From Gammaproteobacteria bacterium (lineage in GTDB: Bacteria > Pseudomonadota > Gammaproteobacteria > Arenicellales > Poriferihabitantaceae), in NCBI GenBank assembly GCA_030590945.1, contig JAUVBY010000002.1:354-64353 (forward strand): DNA of 64,000 nucleotides. Direction: 5' to 3'. The notes under the pieces were generated by a model, which was given only the letters and a program-made list of their open reading frames with translations, had not been told where the DNA came from and did not search any database. Positions 28,060-38,457 of this stretch are shown piece by piece. The translations under genes were made by a program, and so were the position numbers. How positions within the stretch are numbered: position 1 is the stretch's first letter; the number at the start of each line of letters is the position of its first letter.

Positions 28060-29607
28060 ATGTCTATTCAGTTAAATCCATCTGAAATCAGTGATCTGAT
28101 TAAAGACCGAATCAAGAATTTTGAAAGCAGTGCCGAAGCGAAAACAGAAGGCACCATCGTGATGCTGACGGACGGCATTGCACGCGTTCACGGTTTATCC
28201 GAAGCCATGCAGGGGGAAATGCTTGAGTTTCCCGGTGATACCTTTGGTCTGGCCTTAAACCTGGAGCAGGATTCCGTGGGCGTGGTCATCATGGGTGATT
28301 ACAAACACCTTTCAGAAGGTGATACGGTCAAGTGTACCGGTCGAATCCTGGAAGTACCTGTAGGTCGAGGCATGCTGGGTCGCGTAGTCGATGCGTTAGG
28401 CAAGCCAATAGACGGCAAAGGACCGATTGAAAACGACGGTACCTCACCGGTCGAGAAGGTGGCACCGGGCGTTATCGAGCGCCAATCGGTTGATCAACCG
28501 GTTCAAACCGGCCTGAAATCCGTTGATGCCATGGTGCCAATTGGTCGTGGTCAGCGCGAATTGATCATCGGTGACCGGCAAACCGGAAAAACGGCTGTGG
28601 CGATAGATGCGATCATCAACCAGGCCAAATCCGGTATTAAATGTATCTACGTGGCGATTGGCCAGAAAGCATCCAGTATCGCTGTGGTGGCGCGTAAGCT
28701 CGAAGAGCATGGTGCGCTGGAAAACACCATCATTGTGGCTGCTTCGGCGTCGGTTTCGGCAGCTGAACAGTATATAGCGCCGTACGCAGGCTGTGCGATG
28801 GGAGAATACTTCCGCGATCGAGGCGAAGATGCCCTGATCGTATATGATGATTTAACCAAGCAGGCCTGGGCGTATCGCCAGGTATCATTGCTGCTGCGTC
28901 GTCCTCCGGGCCGTGAAGCGTATCCGGGTGATGTATTTTACCTCCACTCGCGATTGCTGGAACGTGCTGCGCGTGTAAACGTGAACTACGTTGAGAAATT
29001 TACCAACGGTGAAGTCAAGGGTAAAACCGGTTCTTTAACCGCATTGCCAATCATTGAGACTCAGGCGGGTGACGTATCGGCCTTCGTACCAACTAACGTG
29101 ATTTCAATCACCGATGGTCAGATTTTCCTCGAAACCGATTTGTTTAACGCGGGTATTCGACCGGCGATCAACGCTGGTTTGTCGGTATCTCGAGTAGGTG
29201 GTGCGGCACAAACAGGCATTATCAAGAAGCTGGGTGGCGGTATTCGCCTGGCGCTGGCTCAATATCGTGAGCTGGCTGCGTTTTCGCAATTTGCATCTGA
29301 TCTGGATGAGGCAACGCGAGCCCAGTTATCGCTCGGAGAACGCGCGGTTGAATTGATGAAGCAGGCGCAATACGCACCGATGTCAGTGGCCCAGATGGCG
29401 CTGTCACTCTACGCCGTCAACGAAGGGTATTTCGATGACGTAGAGGTCAAAGACGTGGTCTCCTGGGAAGCGGCGATGCAATCCTATATCGGATCCAATT
29501 TTACAGAAATGATGGATTCAATTATCGAGAACCCCGTTTATAACGATGACGTCGCTGCCGGCCTTGCTGCCGCGCTGGACGATTTTAAAAAGAACGGCAG
29601 CGTTTAG
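28060..29607 (+). CDS. atpA: F0F1 ATP synthase subunit alpha
   Basis: Walker A GDRQTGKT. 515 aa. Confidence 0.97.
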   Translation: MSIQLNPSEISDLIKDRIKNFESSAEAKTEGTIVMLTDGIARVHGLSEAMQGEMLEFPGDTFGLALNLEQDSVGVVIMGDYKHLSEGDTVKCTGRILEVPVGRGMLGRVVDALGKPIDGKGPIENDGTSPVEKVAPGVIERQSVDQPVQTGLKSVDAMVPIGRGQRELIIGDRQTGKTAVAIDAIINQAKSGIKCIYVAIGQKASSIAVVARKLEEHGALENTIIVAASASVSAAEQYIAPYAGCAMGEYFRDRGEDALIVYDDLTKQAWAYRQVSLLLRRPPGREAYPGDVFYLHSRLLERAARVNVNYVEKFTNGEVKGKTGSLTALPIIETQAGDVSAFVPTNVISITDGQIFLETDLFNAGIRPAINAGLSVSRVGGAAQTGIIKKLGGGIRLALAQYRELAAFSQFASDLDEATRAQLSLGERAVELMKQAQYAPMSVAQMALSLYAVNEGYFDDVEVKDVVSWEAAMQSYIGSNFTEMMDSIIENPVYNDDVAAGLAAALDDFKKNGSV

Positions 29608-29645
29608 TTGACGGGCTTTCTGAGAATCAATACGCGAGAGATATA

Positions 29646-30506
29646 ATGGCTGGTGCTAAAGAAATACGGACTCAAATCAAGAGTATCCAGAATACGCGCA
29701 AAATTACCAAGGCGATGGAAATGGTCGCTGCGAGTAAGATGCGCCGTGCCAAGGAACGCATGGAGTTTGCACGCCCGTATGCAGAAAAAATAAAAAGCGT
29801 GGCCACGCATATGGCGCAAGCGCATTCTGAATACAAACATCCTTATTTAATTGATCGGGATATAAAACGTGTAGGCTATATTGTCGTTTCCAGTGATCGC
29901 GGATTATGCGGTGGTTTGAATATCAATGTATTTCGCCGCGCGCTCAAAGATATGAGCGAGTGGAATGATAAGGGTGTAGGAGTTGACGTAGCCATTATCG
30001 GCAGCAAAGGGTTGGCCTTTTTTAAGCGATTTAACGCCAATATTATCTCCGAGGCGACGCATCTGGGTGATGCACCGCAGCTGGAAGAAATCGTTGGCGC
30101 GATCAAGGTGATGATGAACAGGTACATGGACGGCAATATCGACCGTTTATTTGTGTCCAGTAATGAGTTTATCAATACCATGACACAAAGCCCGCAGAGT
30201 GTGCAGTTGATCCCGGCTGAGAATATTGCTGATGAAGAGCGTCAGCACCACTGGGACTATATCTACGAACCCGATGCGAAACAGGTCGTCGATGAAACTA
30301 TGAATCGCTATATCGAATCATTGGTATACAAGGCGGTTGCCGAGAATTCGGCGTGTGAGCAATCGGCACGAATGGTGGCGATGAAAGCAGCGACCGATAA
30401 TGCAGGTGATTTAATCGGCGATCTTGAGTTGATTTATAACAAAGCCCGTCAGACGGCTATCACCCAGGAATTGTCTGAAATTGTTGCAGGTGCAGCCGCG
30501 GTTTAG
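29646..30506 (+). CDS. atpG: F0F1 ATP synthase subunit gamma
   Basis: [36 protein letters not shown]-terminus. Confidence 0.96.
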   Translation: MAGAKEIRTQIKSIQNTRKITKAMEMVAASKMRRAKERMEFARPYAEKIKSVATHMAQAHSEYKHPYLIDRDIKRVGYIVVSSDRGLCGGLNINVFRRALKDMSEWNDKGVGVDVAIIGSKGLAFFKRFNANIISEATHLGDAPQLEEIVGAIKVMMNRYMDGNIDRLFVSSNEFINTMTQSPQSVQLIPAENIADEERQHHWDYIYEPDAKQVVDETMNRYIESLVYKAVAENSACEQSARMVAMKAATDNAGDLIGDLELIYNKARQTAITQELSEIVAGAAAV

Positions 30507-30519
30507 GCTTGCCTGTTAG

Positions 30520-31941
<1,422 letters not shown>

Positions 31942-31955
31942 TACAGGTTCATATC

Positions 31956-32378
31956 ATGGCAACCATTAAAGTCGAAATCGTCAGCGCGGAAGAAAATATC
32001 TGGTCAGGCCGGGGTACCATGGTGTTTGCACCGGGTATCATGGGCGAGTTGGGTATTGCACCGCGCCATACGCCGCTGATTACCCAGCTTAAACCGGGTG
32101 ATGTAAGGGTGCAGACCGAAGATGGAAATGAAGAATTCTTCTTTATTTCCGGTGGCATCCTCGAAATCCAGCCGGATATCGTAACCGTTCTTTCTGATAC
32201 GGCGATTCGTGCAAAGGATCTGGATGAAGCCAAAGCGATCGAAGCGCAAAAACGCGCTGAGGACGCGATGAAGGATCAGGGTTCTGAAATGGATTATGCG
32301 CGTGCTAAAGCAGAATTGATCCAGATTGCAGCGCAGTTGCGTTCTATCGAGAAAATCAAGGAACTACGTAGGCGTTAG
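31956..32378 (+). CDS. atpC: F0F1 ATP synthase subunit epsilon
   Basis: 140 aa, [13 protein letters not shown]..., last gene of the operon. Confidence 0.94.
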   Translation: MATIKVEIVSAEENIWSGRGTMVFAPGIMGELGIAPRHTPLITQLKPGDVRVQTEDGNEEFFFISGGILEIQPDIVTVLSDTAIRAKDLDEAKAIEAQKRAEDAMKDQGSEMDYARAKAELIQIAAQLRSIEKIKELRRR

Positions 32379-32417
32379 TTTTCAGCTTTCCCAGCCTGAT
32401 GTCGACTAAACATGGAG

Positions 32418-32435
32418 CCGGGGTTTTAACCCCGG
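32418..32435 (+). terminator. GC hairpin 40 nt after atpC (no clear U-tract)
   Basis: CCGGGGTT-tt-AACCCCGG. Confidence 0.3.
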
Positions 32436-32449
32436 AAATGACAAATATG

Positions 32450-32628
32450 CGGGGTTAAAGGGCGCCTCTAATAATTCATGAATGACCATCTTAAGCCAGA
32501 AAAGCTCATTCTCTGCGTTCCAATCCTTCGCAATAGCCAGCTATTACGTGCGGACTGCGCCTTGACCTTGAACTTCTCTGATCCTAATCTGGCACATCCA
32601 TAATTAATAGAGGCGCCCTAAAGTCCCG
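32450..32628. repeat. MITE-like long imperfect palindrome (copy A, about 179 bp)
   Basis: The ends CGGGGTTAAAGGGCGCCTCTAATAATTCATGAATG and CATCCATAATTAATAGAGGCGCCCTAAAGTCCCG are inverted repeats. The interior arms are also imperfectly complementary. It shares the AATAATTCATGAAT core with the element at 40327. Confidence 0.7.
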
Positions 32629-32641
32629 CTTCCGCGTAAGT

Positions 32642-32980
32642 TTAGTAACCGCCTTTGCGTGTACTTTTAGGCAAGCCGGCAATTTTACGTCCTTGCTTGC
32701 TGGGTGTGCCGGGGAACAACTGGTACATGTCCTTGCTGGAAGGCTTTTTGCCCCACACTTTGCCCATGTCTTTCATGATAGTACGTTCGTTAGGTTCGTT
32801 ACCTGCATTGTCAACATGCTCGGAGTGCAAATAACGCACCACGTCCCAATGTTGTTCCGTCATTTCTAAACCATCAGCGTCCGCCATAGCCTGCGCTACG
32901 TCTTCGTTCCAGTCGCTGATTTCTATAAGGTAACCGCTCTCGTCGGTCTCCAGGGATTTTCCGTTTACTTCAATTGACAT
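32642..32980 (-). CDS. DsrC/TusE-family protein lacking both conserved C-terminal cysteines
   Basis: MSIEVNGKSLETDESGYL...TEQHWDVVRYL...LFPGTPSKQGRKIAGLPKSTRKGGY aligns with DsrC/TusE (…FP.GPAKQA.R.AGLPKPTGCV), but both Cys positions are replaced. ATG at 32980. Confidence 0.85.
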   Translation of the reverse strand: MSIEVNGKSLETDESGYLIEISDWNEDVAQAMADADGLEMTEQHWDVVRYLHSEHVDNAGNEPNERTIMKDMGKVWGKKPSSKDMYQLFPGTPSKQGRKIAGLPKSTRKGGY

Positions 32981-33172
32981 AATTGTGCCTCGTCTGAAAA
33001 ATAGTGTACGAATTTTCCCTGTTTGTGAGGCCCATGTCACTTCCCCTATCGGAAAGGGAGGGCTATCCCAGATAGCCAGTATCTGGTACATTTCTGCCGC
33101 TATTCCCGCTGATTACCACTATTTCCGCTTAGGCTCCGCCTGCGCAGTCGCTTTACTAAAATAATATTTCGG

Positions 33173-33925
33173 ATGTTGCTGAATAAAAACCTGCTAATTT
33201 TGTGTTTGTTGTTAAGCAATACTTTAGTGTACGCAGATCAGTTGCGCGAATGCGTAATCGTATTGCACGGCATGGGTCGTACCGAGCGCTCGATGTCTAA
33301 AATAGAAGACCAGCTGCAGGATGAAGGCTATCTGGTATGGAATCAGCGCTATGCGTCGACTAAAGAGACTATTGCAGTATTGTCAGTATCGGCGGTGGAG
33401 GAGGGGCTGGGTTATTGCGCGTATAAGCAGGCTAAAACTATTCATTTTGTGACGCATTCGCTCGGCGGAATCCTGGTTAGAGCCTATTTACAGAATCACA
33501 AAATCGATAACCTGGGCCGCATTGTGATGTTGGCCCCGCCCAATCAAGGCAGTGAAGTCGTCGACGCTCTGGATAAATATAGCTTGTACGCGTATATGAT
33601 GGGGCCCGCCGGTATGGCCCTCAGCACGGATCCGGGCAGCCTGCCCAATCAGCTACAGCCGATACCCGGCGAGATTGGCATTATTGCGGGTAAATCAAGT
33701 TCAGACCCCTGGTTTTCGCCCATCATTCCCGGGGTTGATGATGGCAAGGTTTCGATTGAGAGTACCAGGCTGGCGGAAATGAGTGATTTTATCGAGGTGG
33801 ATTCCGGGCATACCTTTATTATGCGTAATGCGGAGACTATTGATCAGATTGTGGCCTTTCTTCGTAACGGGAAATTCAATCCGCAAGCACTTTCCCCGGA
33901 TTCATTCTATTATGAGGGTCGATAG
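33173..33925 (+). CDS. alpha/beta-fold hydrolase (lipase/esterase-like), exported
   Basis: Signal peptide, nucleophile elbow THSLGG, VLHGMGR oxyanion region. Confidence 0.75.
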   Translation: MLLNKNLLILCLLLSNTLVYADQLRECVIVLHGMGRTERSMSKIEDQLQDEGYLVWNQRYASTKETIAVLSVSAVEEGLGYCAYKQAKTIHFVTHSLGGILVRAYLQNHKIDNLGRIVMLAPPNQGSEVVDALDKYSLYAYMMGPAGMALSTDPGSLPNQLQPIPGEIGIIAGKSSSDPWFSPIIPGVDDGKVSIESTRLAEMSDFIEVDSGHTFIMRNAETIDQIVAFLRNGKFNPQALSPDSFYYEGR

Positions 33926-35303
33926 CCTTTTTAATGCTGCGCATCAGGTCCAGAGCGACCTGACCTTTGTAGCGCGGAATCATATCTATTTTAAGCAAGC
34001 CAACACCATGCTCAGCGCTAAATGAACCGCCGAGATCATGCACTATTCCTAGAATAGCGTCGTTTAGTTTGGGCTGCAATGCTAAGAAGTCAGCGCTGTC
34101 TGAGCCTTGCGGCTGGCTGATATTGTAGTGAATGTTTCCGTCCCCAACATGCCCGAAAGGGTAGGGGCGGGCGCCGGGTGAGATCATTTCTACCGCCGCT
34201 GCGCTATGCTGAATAAACGCCGGTATACTGGAAACAGGCACTGAAATATCATGTTTGATACTGGCGCCTTCAAATTTTTGCGCCGCAACCATTTTCTCGC
34301 GTAATGCCAGGAAATGACTGGCTTGAGAAATGTTCTGCGCAATCAGCGCATCGCTCACCAACCCGAGATCAAATGCGTTGGCGAGCGAATCAGAAAATCG
34401 CTCAGCGAAATCAGGTTCGATTTGCGTACTCTGTAATGTGACCAGCACCTGCCAGGGGTAATCCTGATCAAATGGCGCAGGGTGTTCTTCAAAATGTCGG
34501 GCGGTGAAATCGATCGCTATTTGCGGGATGAGCTCAAAAGTGGTGATGCGGTCACTACTTGCTTCGCGCACACGGTTATACAGCGGGATCACTGAATCAA
34601 GCGCAGGCAGTGCGATGAGTGCGGTAACGGATTCCTTTGATTCAGGGAAAAGTTTTAGCGTCGCTGCGGTAATGATTCCCAGAGTGCCTTCAGCGCCGAT
34701 GAGCAGGTGTTTGAGGGCGTAACCGGTATTGTCTTTGCGCAGCCCGCCCAGATCGGAATAAATGGAACCATCGGGTAACACCGCCTCGATGCCCAGGCAA
34801 AGGTCCCGGGCGTTGCCGTAGTGCAGAACATTAATTCCGCCCGCATTGGTGGACAGGTTCCCTCCAATTTGACAACTGCCTTGCGCACCCAGGCTAAGTG
34901 GAAACAGACGCTGCTGCTCACACGCTGCAATTTGAACATTCTCCAGAATGCATCCGGCCTCAACGGTGATCGAGTTATTTTGCGTATCGACTTCGCGAAT
35001 GTTATTGAGTCGTTCAGTGGACAAAATAATCTGATCGTTACGTGAGACCGCCCCTCCGCATAACCCGGTATTGCCGCCTATCGGCACAATGCTGGTATCG
35101 TGTTTTGCACACAGTTTTACGCATTCACTCACTTCGTCAGTGGTCCCGGGGCGTATAACGACCAGGCACTGACTCTCAAACATGCCTCGTTGTTCTAACA
35201 GGTAAGGAACAACAGATTCGCCTTCGCTTAGCACGTGTTTTTCACCGACGATTTGCATCAGGCTGTGTACGAAGGCGGGTTTATTTATAGTATTCATGAT
35301 CAT
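33876..35303 (-). CDS. FAD-linked oxidase (GlcD / D-2-hydroxyacid dehydrogenase-like)
   Basis: PCMH-type FAD-binding domain (VPIGGNTGLCGGA) and a C-terminal FAD-oxidase domain (SAEHGVGLLK). 475 aa. Confidence 0.85.
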   Translation of the reverse strand: MIMNTINKPAFVHSLMQIVGEKHVLSEGESVVPYLLEQRGMFESQCLVVIRPGTTDEVSECVKLCAKHDTSIVPIGGNTGLCGGAVSRNDQIILSTERLNNIREVDTQNNSITVEAGCILENVQIAACEQQRLFPLSLGAQGSCQIGGNLSTNAGGINVLHYGNARDLCLGIEAVLPDGSIYSDLGGLRKDNTGYALKHLLIGAEGTLGIITAATLKLFPESKESVTALIALPALDSVIPLYNRVREASSDRITTFELIPQIAIDFTARHFEEHPAPFDQDYPWQVLVTLQSTQIEPDFAERFSDSLANAFDLGLVSDALIAQNISQASHFLALREKMVAAQKFEGASIKHDISVPVSSIPAFIQHSAAAVEMISPGARPYPFGHVGDGNIHYNISQPQGSDSADFLALQPKLNDAILGIVHDLGGSFSAEHGVGLLKIDMIPRYKGQVALDLMRSIKKAIDPHNRMNPGKVLAD

Positions 35304-35333
35304 TTATAAAAATATGATCTCCAGCCTTCAGCT

Positions 35334-36761
35334 TTATCCAAGTGCGTTGCCAATAGCAATACCGCTTGATTCATCCGGGTCAAACCACTTCAGTTGATCC
35401 TGTAGAGTCACCACTTCACCAATAATCACCAGCGTGGGTGCGACTACATCTTCAGCTTTTACTTTGTTATGTAAGGTGCTGAGCGTGGCGGTAATGACGC
35501 GTTGATTTCGAGTGGTTCCCTGTTGTATCAGTGCGGCCGGCATATCATGGCTGACACCATGTTCTATCAGTTTCTGGCTGATGATTTCAAGCCCTGTCAA
35601 GCCCATATAGATAACCACGGTCTGATTGGGCTGGCTAAGCAGGCTCCAGTTTAAATTGAAGGTGCCGTCTTTAAGGTGTCCTGTTACAAAGGAGACAGAC
35701 TGTGAGAACTCCCGGTGAGTCAGTGGGATGCCGGCATAGGCTGCACAGCCCGCAGCGGCAGTGACGCCCGGCACCACCTGAAAGGAAATCCCTTCGTGAA
35801 ACAAATCTTTAATTTCCTCTCCGCCTCGACCAAAAATAAAGGGATCACCACCCTTTAAACGCAGGACGCGTTTTCCTTCCTGAGCAAGTCGAACCAGCAA
35901 TTTGTTGATATCCCGCTGTGGTACCGCGTGATTGGATTTTTCCTTTCCGACGTATATTTTCTCTGCATCGCGGCGCACCATGGCGACAATTTCATCTGAT
36001 ACCAGGCGGTCGTACAGCACGACGTCTGCACGTTGCATCAGGCGTAGTGCGCGGAAGGTGAGCAGATCGGGGTCGCCCGGCCCGGCACCAACCAGGTATA
36101 CCTCGCCTTTTTCATCGAGTATGGTTTCATCGCTGTTATTAATTGCGGCCTGAAGTACCCGTTCGGCCTCTTTATCGCGGCCGGACAATACCAGTTCGCT
36201 TACCTTGCCCTCCAGCGCACTTTCCCAGAATTTTCGTCGATGCTCGACATTCTCGAATTTGACTTTGATCGCTGAGCGATATTTCTGAGCCAGCGCAGCC
36301 AGGCGCCCATAGCTGGCCGGTATGAGTGCCTCGAGGCGCGAGCGAATCATGCGCGCAAGCACCGGAGAACTGCCACCCGTCGAAATGGCCAGCACCACCG
36401 GGGAGCGATCAACTATTGAGGGCATAATGAAGCTGCACAGCGCTGGTTGATCAACGACATTGACCGGTATATTAAAAGCTTTCGCCTGTTCATAAACTGC
36501 CTGGTTTACCTTTGCATCATCCGTTGCGGCGATAACCAGTCGGTATTGCCGAACCATATCATCCTGATATTGCCCCTGTATATGGTTAATTTCATTGTTG
36601 GTTTTAAGTTGAGCGAGCGAATCTTCAAGCTCTGGTGAGACAACGGTAACGCGCGCATTGGCCTGTTGTAACAGGCTAACTTTGCGTGCGGCTACAGAGC
36701 CACCTCCCACGACCAGCGCGGGTTCATCGGTGAGGCGAAGGAATATAGGGAGATAATCCAT
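35334..36761 (-). CDS. cysG: siroheme synthase (precorrin-2 dehydrogenase / ferrochelatase / uroporphyrinogen-III C-methyltransferase)
   Basis: MDYLPIFL...VVGGGSVAARK N-domain. SUMT domain with VGAGPGDPDLLT and GGDPFIFGRG. Confidence 0.93.
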   Translation of the reverse strand: MDYLPIFLRLTDEPALVVGGGSVAARKVSLLQQANARVTVVSPELEDSLAQLKTNNEINHIQGQYQDDMVRQYRLVIAATDDAKVNQAVYEQAKAFNIPVNVVDQPALCSFIMPSIVDRSPVVLAISTGGSSPVLARMIRSRLEALIPASYGRLAALAQKYRSAIKVKFENVEHRRKFWESALEGKVSELVLSGRDKEAERVLQAAINNSDETILDEKGEVYLVGAGPGDPDLLTFRALRLMQRADVVLYDRLVSDEIVAMVRRDAEKIYVGKEKSNHAVPQRDINKLLVRLAQEGKRVLRLKGGDPFIFGRGGEEIKDLFHEGISFQVVPGVTAAAGCAAYAGIPLTHREFSQSVSFVTGHLKDGTFNLNWSLLSQPNQTVVIYMGLTGLEIISQKLIEHGVSHDMPAALIQQGTTRNQRVITATLSTLHNKVKAEDVVAPTLVIIGEVVTLQDQLKWFDPDESSGIAIGNALG

Positions 36762-36820
36762 AATCAATTCTGAGAGGGTAATTTGTCTGCGGTCATGCGA
36801 TCCTTGGCCAGCCTGTGGGG

Positions 36821-37279
36821 CTAGCCAAGTTCCCCGGCCTTATCATCAAACCCGGCCAGGCTATACCAGTGTTTTGCTTTTTCGAAATCCTGCGGCACGA
36901 TATTGCCTTCTTCATACATCATAGCCATGGTGGTCGCGGAACCAAGCATGCCCTGTTCCGCCGCTTTACTGAACCACTCGATTGCCTTTTCACCGTTTTG
37001 TTCAACGCATTCGCCTTCAAAATAGATGAAGCCGAGGCCATGTTGTGCCAGGGCATGCCCCTGTTCAGCAGCTGATTTCATCATTTTAAAGCCCTGCAGC
37101 TCATTTTTCACGATGCCCAGACCATACAGCGACATGGTCGCTACCCGATACTGTGCTTCGGAATCACCCTGATCGGCGAACGGGTTGAGCAGGCGCATCG
37201 CCTTTGAAAATTCGCGCGATTCGAAAGCAGCAACCCCGCTGGCCATGCTCATCGCGTCGTCGTCAGAATAGTCTGTCAT
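36821..37279 (-). CDS. Sel1-repeat (TPR-like) protein
   Basis: Repeats of the A..G...AQ..LG..Y..G type (GDSEAQYRVATMSLYG, GHALAQHGLGFIYFEG, GMLGSATTMAMMYEEG). Start taken at the internal ATG (MTDYSDDD). Confidence 0.7.
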   Translation of the reverse strand: MTDYSDDDAMSMASGVAAFESREFSKAMRLLNPFADQGDSEAQYRVATMSLYGLGIVKNELQGFKMMKSAAEQGHALAQHGLGFIYFEGECVEQNGEKAIEWFSKAAEQGMLGSATTMAMMYEEGNIVPQDFEKAKHWYSLAGFDDKAGELG

Positions 37280-37422
37280 TTTTTGCCTCGTTTTCTTTTG
37301 CCTTCGAATTAAGCAAAAGTCTTGATGGATACTAACCGCAGATTGTACTGCATGCCATAGTCTCAAAGGGGAGGGAGAGGCCCCGTCGCCTGATATCTAT
37401 ATCGGTATTTTGGCATGATACC

Positions 37423-37459
37423 GTGTGATCATCACGTGAATTAAAAATATTTTCGGGCT
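37423..37459. repeat. half copy of the MITE-family terminus upstream of cobO
   Basis: GTGTGATCATCACGTGAATTAAAAATATTTTCGGGCT compared with CTGCGTGATCATCACGCGAATTCATGAAATATTCGGGCT at 40452-40490. Confidence 0.65.
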
Positions 37460-37493
37460 ACAATTAACTACTACATCAACTTCTGCTTTCATT

Positions 37494-38099
37494 ATGAACG
37501 ATACCAGCAAACAAGAGCGCCATCAGACCAGGATGCAACGCAAAAAGGAAGTGATCGACGCGGCTATTGAGCAGGCAGACCGGGATCAGGGCCTGTTGCT
37601 GATATTGACCGGAAACGGTAAAGGAAAATCCAGCTCAGCCTTTGGAATGCTGGCCAGGGCGCTGGGTCACGGTATGCGCGTGGGCGTTGCGCAGTTTATT
37701 AAAGGGCGCTCTGATACCGGGGAAGAAGCCTTTTTTAACCGTCAGGATAATGTCACCTGGCACGTGCTGGGCGAGGGTTTCACCTGGGATACTCAAAACC
37801 TGGATAAAGACATTGAAACCGCCAACAAGGGCTGGGCCATTGTACAGGAGATGCTCAAAGACGAAACTCTGGATATGCTGGTGCTGGATGAGCTTACGTA
37901 TCCACTTAAATTTGGCTGGTTGGATACTGAGCAGGTGCTGGCAGATATTGCCGCCAGGCCGCCCATGCAACACGTCGTGATAACCGGGCGGGCTGCGCCC
38001 AAAGCGGTGCTGGAAGCCGCTGACACGGTGAGTGAGATCAGCGATGTAAAGCATGCCTATCGCGATGGCGTGCGCGCGCAAAAAGGAGTAGATCTTTAA
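37494..38099 (+). CDS. cobO: cob(I)yrinic acid a,c-diamide adenosyltransferase
   Basis: P-loop TGNGKGKSSSAFG, VGVAQFIKG and LDELTYPL motifs. 201 aa. Confidence 0.92.
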   Translation: MNDTSKQERHQTRMQRKKEVIDAAIEQADRDQGLLLILTGNGKGKSSSAFGMLARALGHGMRVGVAQFIKGRSDTGEEAFFNRQDNVTWHVLGEGFTWDTQNLDKDIETANKGWAIVQEMLKDETLDMLVLDELTYPLKFGWLDTEQVLADIAARPPMQHVVITGRAAPKAVLEAADTVSEISDVKHAYRDGVRAQKGVDL

Positions 38100-38139
38100 A
38101 TTCAGGCTTCGCTTGTTCTACGCCGAACTTTTGCTGTAA

Positions 38140-38365
38140 TATCGATGGTCGTAGGTTCCTGAAGTCGGTTTGATTCGGGTGAAACGGGAAACCGGTGCGC
38201 TATCTATTAGTATTTAGCCAGCCCGGTACTGCCCCCGCAACGGTAAATGAGTGAACGCATACAATATGCCACTGTGTCTTAAGGGATTTATCCCGGTTCG
38301 TCGACACGGGAAGGCGTAGGCGTTAGAAAGTTTTTTCTACCTCATGAGTCCGGAGACCGGCCTGC
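38140..38365 (+). promoter_or_regulatory. cobalamin (adenosylcobalamin) riboswitch in the btuB leader
   Basis: Conserved blocks GGTGAAACGGGAAACCGGTGCG, ACTGCCCCCGCAACGGTAA, B12 box ATGCCACTG, GGGAAGGCG and the closing AGTCCGGAGACCGGCC that pairs with 5' GGTCGTAGGTTCC. Confidence 0.9.
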
Positions 38366-38457
38366 TACTGTTCGGTGGTGAGTGATCAATAACCGTTGTA
38401 TCCAGCGCCGCTTTTTCCAATCCTTGCACGGGTGAGTGCATTCATGAGGAGACCTAC

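Noticed and set aside
37280-37493. A possible second cobalamin riboswitch upstream of cobO.
   Set aside because: No B12 box (GCCACTG) or GGGAA/GGTG core blocks are present. The region instead contains a half copy of the MITE-family repeat.
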